Source: an uncultured bacterium | GTDB taxonomy: Bacteria > Fidelibacterota > Marinisomatia > Marinisomatales > UBA1611 | NCBI GenBank assembly: GCA_965660855.1 | Contig: CBFIBM010000006.1 | Location: 45,977-109,976 of the forward strand | Direction: 5' to 3' | DNA: 64,000 nucleotides | Part shown: in pieces, positions 59,753 to 64,000 of the stretch | Layout: every line of letters starts with the position of its first letter | Position numbering within the stretch: the first letter of the stretch is position 1 | The notes under the pieces: model-generated | Seen by the model: only the letters and a program-made list of their open reading frames with translations | What the model was told of the DNA's origin: nothing | The model's database searches: none | Translations under genes and position numbers: made by a program

Positions 59753-60584
59753 TATATTAAGATATTTTGGTCTTCCAGTAGGCATCTCATCCGTTAGTGG
59801 CAGAATTGATGAGATAATTGTCATCGTTCATTACTTGATGCTCGTACTTTTTATAGGGTGGGGTGTATTTTTTATTTACAGCTTAGTAAAGTTTCGTTCT
59901 TCAAAAAACCAAAAAGCAAGTTATAAAGGTGTTGAATCACATTATTCTTCTATTCTTGAAGCAGCAGTGGCTGTGATTGAAATTGTTATTCTTTTCGGTT
60001 TTGCTTTTCCGATTTGGGCAGAACGTGTGAATGATGTACCGGATAGTAGAGATGCTGTACATCTAAGGGTTGTTGCTCAACAGTATGCTTGGAATATTCA
60101 TTATCCAGGACCTGATGGGATATTTGGTAAAGTGAGCTCAGAGCTGGTTGATGAGCAAGAAAATCCAATCGGTCTAGATCGTTCAAGTGATAATGCGTCC
60201 GATGACTTTTTTACAATTAATCAACTGCATATTCCAGTAAATCAAGATATACGAATTGATCTAACAAGTAAAGATGTTATCCATAATTTTAAATTACCAG
60301 AATTACGTGTATCTCAAGATGCAATTCCAGGAATGTCTATTCCAGTCCACTTTAAAGCAACAAGTACTTCTGAAGAGTTTTTAAAAACTACGATTGGTAC
60401 AAAAAGAGAAGGTAAAAGTTTAGAAATTGCTTGTGCTCAGTTGTGTGGATTGGGTCATTATAGAATGAAAGGTTACTTAACTATATCTGAAGAAGATGAT
60501 TACTTGGCTTGGTTGGATGAGCAAGCAGAATATCTAGAAGAAGAAGGCGGAGATGATGATGATTGGGGAGATGATGACTGGTAA
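59745..60584 (+). CDS. ctaC: Cytochrome c oxidase subunit II (CuA), no fused cytochrome c
   Basis: Q..W...Y, S.DVIH.F, DAIPG, CAQLCGLGHYRM. Confidence 0.93.
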   Translation: MIDILRYFGLPVGISSVSGRIDEIIVIVHYLMLVLFIGWGVFFIYSLVKFRSSKNQKASYKGVESHYSSILEAAVAVIEIVILFGFAFPIWAERVNDVPDSRDAVHLRVVAQQYAWNIHYPGPDGIFGKVSSELVDEQENPIGLDRSSDNASDDFFTINQLHIPVNQDIRIDLTSKDVIHNFKLPELRVSQDAIPGMSIPVHFKATSTSEEFLKTTIGTKREGKSLEIACAQLCGLGHYRMKGYLTISEEDDYLAWLDEQAEYLEEEGGDDDDWGDDDW

Positions 60585-60611
60585 ACAATAAGACATAATC
60601 CTATAAATTTT

Positions 60612-60639
60612 AAAGCCTACTTATAGTAGGCTTTTTTTT
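60612..60639 (+). terminator. Intrinsic terminator of the oxidase operon, overlapping the esterase 3' end
   Basis: AAAGCCTAC-TTATA-GTAGGCTTT plus T-run. Confidence 0.75.
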
Positions 60640-61304
60640 AAAGTATTTTTTGTTCTTAAAAAATGTAATACATCATAAATACAATCATTTGATATTGTAT
60701 GCTCAGAGTGGTACTTTTTATATATTGGTTTTATTTTAAGATTTATTAAATCCTCAAAGGTCTTATCCGCTAAAGCTAAAGGAACAACAGGATCTTGAAT
60801 TCCATTCCCCATAAATAAATCTATCGATGAAAGGCTCTTGTTTTTTACTTTCTTGAAAACCTCTTCAACTGGAATAAAGCCACATAAAGCTACAATAGAA
60901 TTATAAAAAAGAGGATTCATTAATCCTGAAAAAATTGATAGCGAAGCTCCTTGACTAAATCCTAATAAATTGATTCTTTCTGGATCTAGATTAAGGATTT
61001 GTACTGATTTATTAATGGATTCTATCACAGATTCTTGATGTTGTTCCATCTGTTTTGGCTTGGGTAGCCTGGGTAAATTTTCAAAGTCTAATTCAGCCCA
61101 TGCCCATCCCTGATGTTGAACTGGTAAAGAAGCTTGGAGACTAACGACAGTCCAATCTTTTGGAAAAATTCCTGCTAATCCGAAAAGATCTTCCATATTA
61201 GAACCAAACCCATGTAATAAAAATATACTCGGTCCATTATCTGAGGTACTAGAGGAAGACTTATAGATATTATTTAATGGAAGTTTTAAGGAATTGCTAT
61301 TCAT
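60621..61304 (-). CDS. Phospholipase/carboxylesterase (alpha/beta hydrolase)
   Basis: LLHGFGS, GFSQGA, G..DPVVP, H.I. Confidence 0.88.
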   Translation of the reverse strand: MNSNSLKLPLNNIYKSSSSTSDNGPSIFLLHGFGSNMEDLFGLAGIFPKDWTVVSLQASLPVQHQGWAWAELDFENLPRLPKPKQMEQHQESVIESINKSVQILNLDPERINLLGFSQGASLSIFSGLMNPLFYNSIVALCGFIPVEEVFKKVKNKSLSSIDLFMGNGIQDPVVPLALADKTFEDLINLKIKPIYKKYHSEHTISNDCIYDVLHFLRTKNTLKKSLL

Positions 61305-61314
61305 ACAATTTTTA

Positions 61315-61350
61315 TAAAAAAAAAGCCCTGCATAAAACAGGGCCTTTTTT
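61315..61350. terminator. Intrinsic terminator downstream of the Hc1-like gene
   Basis: A-run, GCCCTG-CATAAAA-CAGGGC, T-run. Confidence 0.78.
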
Positions 61351-61364
61351 AATAGTTGAGAAGA

Positions 61365-61541
61365 TTACTCTCCAGCTACAGAAGCTTTTCTATACTCAGT
61401 TACAAGTTTTTTAACTTCACCAATAGCTTTACGCGCACGACTTCCAGCAGCTTTATTACCACCCATATTCTTTTGATGATTATCGTCAAAAGTTTCAAAC
61501 TGCTCTTTTATTTGATCGTACAACTTGCTTGTTTTAGACAT
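61365..61541 (-). CDS. Histone H1-like (Hc1 family) 58-aa nucleoid protein, not in the ORF track
   Basis: MSKTSKLYDQIKEQFETFDDNHQKNMGGNKAAGSRARKAIGEVKKLVTEYRKASVAGE; GNKAAG.RARK...RK.S signature; AAGGA SD. Confidence 0.85.
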   Translation of the reverse strand: MSKTSKLYDQIKEQFETFDDNHQKNMGGNKAAGSRARKAIGEVKKLVTEYRKASVAGE

Positions 61542-61730
61542 GTTATTTCCTTTTTGTTATTGTATTACTGTTAAATATTTAAACTTTACTATATTTTATA
61601 TAATAGAAAGAATAGTTTATATGCTCCATATAGTGCATATAATGTAATAAGAATCTTAATAATTCGATAATAAAATTTTCTTTTTTCTCCTCTATTTTTA
61701 TTAAATATTTACATTGGAAAGGTAGATATA

Positions 61731-62858
61731 TTAATCAATAAAAACTCCTTTTGCATTACTACGATACCAATCTGTTTCCAGTTCACTATTAAATCCACTC
61801 TCATTTACTAAATAATATAAATTACCATTAAGCCAATAGCAGGCACTTGTATAGCCATCATTGTAGCTACTATCCCGAGTTGCAACACCAACAGTAATAA
61901 TATTTCCATCAGAAACCCGAATGTCATAGGCTGCTCCAAGACCAAAGTCAGTTCTTGGTCCACCGGGTAAATCATATATATCATCATTAATCCAGTATTG
62001 AGGAGAAGTACCTCCTGAAGTTTCTTCTTCACCAGTAAATTCAAACCAATCTGTATAACCCGCAACATAAATATTACCTTGATCAACTGTAATTCCATGT
62101 CCAGTCGCACCATAAATATCATTTGTTGATCCACCTAGAGGTAAATCATTCCTAGTTGTGTGCCTCCAATAAGCTGCGGTAGGAGTATATCCTGCAAAAC
62201 TCGATGTTTTTAGTACATATCCCGAGTAATATCTCATATTACCGTCTTCAAAAGCGATATCATTAACTTCTCCATCTCCACCATTAGGTATAGGTAGATT
62301 AGTTCTATTATTTCCATCTTTCCAAAAGCAAGGAATATAATAATGATGATTATTCATATAATAACCACCTACATATACCGATCCATTATCTCTTACTCCA
62401 ATTGCAAAAGCCTGCGAATCGCGATTAACCGTTAGATCAATTCTTTGTCCATTTTTCCAATAACAAGATCCATTATTATACCAACCTGCTACGTAAATAT
62501 CTTCACCATCAATTACAATAGCTTCCGCTTCGCCACCATTACCCGGTAAATCATACCGCTGTTGATTAATCCAATAACATGCACCCTCAGCTGTTCCTGA
62601 AGTATATACATTGCCATTAGAGACCACAATATCCGTCGCGGTATAGCCACCTGGTAATTCAATTCGTTCACCATTAATCCAATAGCATGATGTGTATTCG
62701 TTATTCTCGTTATAGGAGTCTCCTACAATATAAATCGTTTTACCTTCTATAATTTCATTACCATTATTGCTAAGGTTTGGATCAGGTTTATCTTCATTTT
62801 CTAGTGAACAACTAGAAAGGATCATTAGAAAAAATAGGAGGGTTATTTTTTTATGCAT
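61731..62858 (-). CDS. Lipoprotein with repeated A..I.V....YV.G...CYW.NG units (beta-propeller-like)
   Basis: Lipobox LSSC; about 7 imperfect repeats. Confidence 0.75.
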   Translation of the reverse strand: MHKKITLLFFLMILSSCSLENEDKPDPNLSNNGNEIIEGKTIYIVGDSYNENNEYTSCYWINGERIELPGGYTATDIVVSNGNVYTSGTAEGACYWINQQRYDLPGNGGEAEAIVIDGEDIYVAGWYNNGSCYWKNGQRIDLTVNRDSQAFAIGVRDNGSVYVGGYYMNNHHYYIPCFWKDGNNRTNLPIPNGGDGEVNDIAFEDGNMRYYSGYVLKTSSFAGYTPTAAYWRHTTRNDLPLGGSTNDIYGATGHGITVDQGNIYVAGYTDWFEFTGEEETSGGTSPQYWINDDIYDLPGGPRTDFGLGAAYDIRVSDGNIITVGVATRDSSYNDGYTSACYWLNGNLYYLVNESGFNSELETDWYRSNAKGVFID

Positions 62859-62866
62859 AATCTATA

Positions 62867-64000
62867 TTATTCAATATTTTCAGGGTCTAGCCTCAATAAT
62901 GAAATGGGTCCTCCAGTATTTCCCTCACGAAAACCATAACCCCCAACCACAACATCTCCATTATCGCATTCAATAACGGACTGGTTGACATCTTCAAGTT
63001 TTAAACTAAAGAGTACATCACCTGTTGGAGTTATTTTTGTAAGATAACTTACATCATCAATAAGGTAATACCCCCCATTCTTAGCATGAGAAATATCATT
63101 ATAACCATATCGACTCGTTGAATCAATAAAACAGCTCTCCCACACTATATTTCCATTATTATTTCTTTCAACTATATAATTACTTCTCCAACTATTACAT
63201 AGTCCTGCTGCAATATAACCACCATTCGTTGTCTCCAGCATTGAATATAAAAGAGCATCTCCAATAGATTGGGTCTTTTTCTTCCATATTTGTTCGCCAT
63301 TTACATCTGCTTTGACCATGTAGTGTTTATAAGCTCCGTGCTGTTCTCCAGAATAACCGGCAATAACAAAATCACCATTAGAAGTTTCAATAAGAGCATT
63401 ACCTTCATTTGCAGTAGAGCTACTAAAAATATTACCCCACATAAAATTACCATCATTGCTATATTTTCGTAGCATTACTTTTGAGTTCCAACCGTCGTCA
63501 TTCCATGTGCCTGTAATAACATAATTCCCATCACTTGTTTGAATAACATCACGTGCATAATCATTATTTTCAGTAGTTCCCTCTGATACTTCCCACTCTA
63601 TAGCTCCAGATGAATTTGTTTTTACAATGTAAATATCAGGATAGCATCCGGGAAGAGTATCGCATTCATAATATCCCGTTGCAATAAATCCTCCATCTGT
63701 GGTGGGCCTTGCCACATATAAAACAGATGCGTTACTATAATTTTGATGCCACTCTTTATTTCCGTTAGAATCTGTTTTAATTAAAAGTCCTGAATAATCT
63801 GAAGATCCTGCAAGGATAAATCCACCATCAGATACTTTGTCTACAGACCAACTCTCATCATATTCTGAATTTTGAGAAACTGAGTATGTTTTTTTCCATT
63901 TTAAAGAAACACCATTCATAATGAATTCACAACTACCATCATCATTTGTTGCGAGACTATCAAAATTTGTCGCTGTAGAATCGGTACAACCACAAACACT
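62867..64000 (-). CDS. Exported beta-propeller-like protein, 5' truncated by the window edge
   Basis: Repeated T.DGG+I..G...KTD.NG..W units; frame open to 64000, including GCTDSTATNFDSLATNDDGSC. Confidence 0.75.
   Translation of the reverse strand, partial: SVCGCTDSTATNFDSLATNDDGSCEFIMNGVSLKWKKTYSVSQNSEYDESWSVDKVSDGGFILAGSSDYSGLLIKTDSNGNKEWHQNYSNASVLYVARPTTDGGFIATGYYECDTLPGCYPDIYIVKTNSSGAIEWEVSEGTTENNDYARDVIQTSDGNYVITGTWNDDGWNSKVMLRKYSNDGNFMWGNIFSSSTANEGNALIETSNGDFVIAGYSGEQHGAYKHYMVKADVNGEQIWKKKTQSIGDALLYSMLETTNGGYIAAGLCNSWRSNYIVERNNNGNIVWESCFIDSTSRYGYNDISHAKNGGYYLIDDVSYLTKITPTGDVLFSLKLEDVNQSVIECDNGDVVVGGYGFREGNTGGPISLLRLDPENIE

Noticed and set aside
61356..61574. 72-aa plus-strand ORF
   Set aside because: Antisense to the motif-bearing Hc1-like gene, which has its own SD and terminator
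1047..63472. Short ORFs in the track that overlap long genes (e.g. 1047..1385, 19577..19912, 35993..36319, 46233..46544, 59060..59416, 61808..62134)
   Set aside because: Antisense or off-frame shadows of well-supported genes, with no motifs

Overview
AT-rich, gene-dense bacterial chromosomal segment. An FCB-group marine bacterium such as Marinisomatota/SAR406 is inferred from gene content only. I saw no rRNA, tRNA, CRISPR array or mobile element. In order: (1) GH97 glycosidase, DUF4249 lipoprotein and TonB-dependent receptor; (2) a lexA-imuB-dnaE2 SOS mutagenesis cassette without imuA, led by an unannotated 50-aa ORF and a tandem TTACTCGTAAG operator-like repeat; (3) a PAS-MenA fusion, a cyclase-family hydrolase, and two adjacent genes missing from the ORF track because each has an in-frame TGA at the catalytic Cys position (Sec-BCP peroxiredoxin, SelW/Rdx selenoprotein); (4) kdsD and a cytochrome c5; (5) a ~15-kb peptidoglycan/amino-sugar degradation and uptake locus; (6) transporters, a GAF/HD-GYP protein and a 1524-aa acyl-CoA ligase-GNAT fusion; (7) an ~18-kb respiratory supercluster (heme a/o synthesis, two SCOs, Rieske/b6-type complex with octaheme cytochrome c, cupredoxin-like protein, ferredoxin, A-type oxidase) containing several unannotated micro-ORFs; (8) an esterase, an Hc1-like protein and two repeat proteins. 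Product calls come from motif recognition by eye; no database searches were run.
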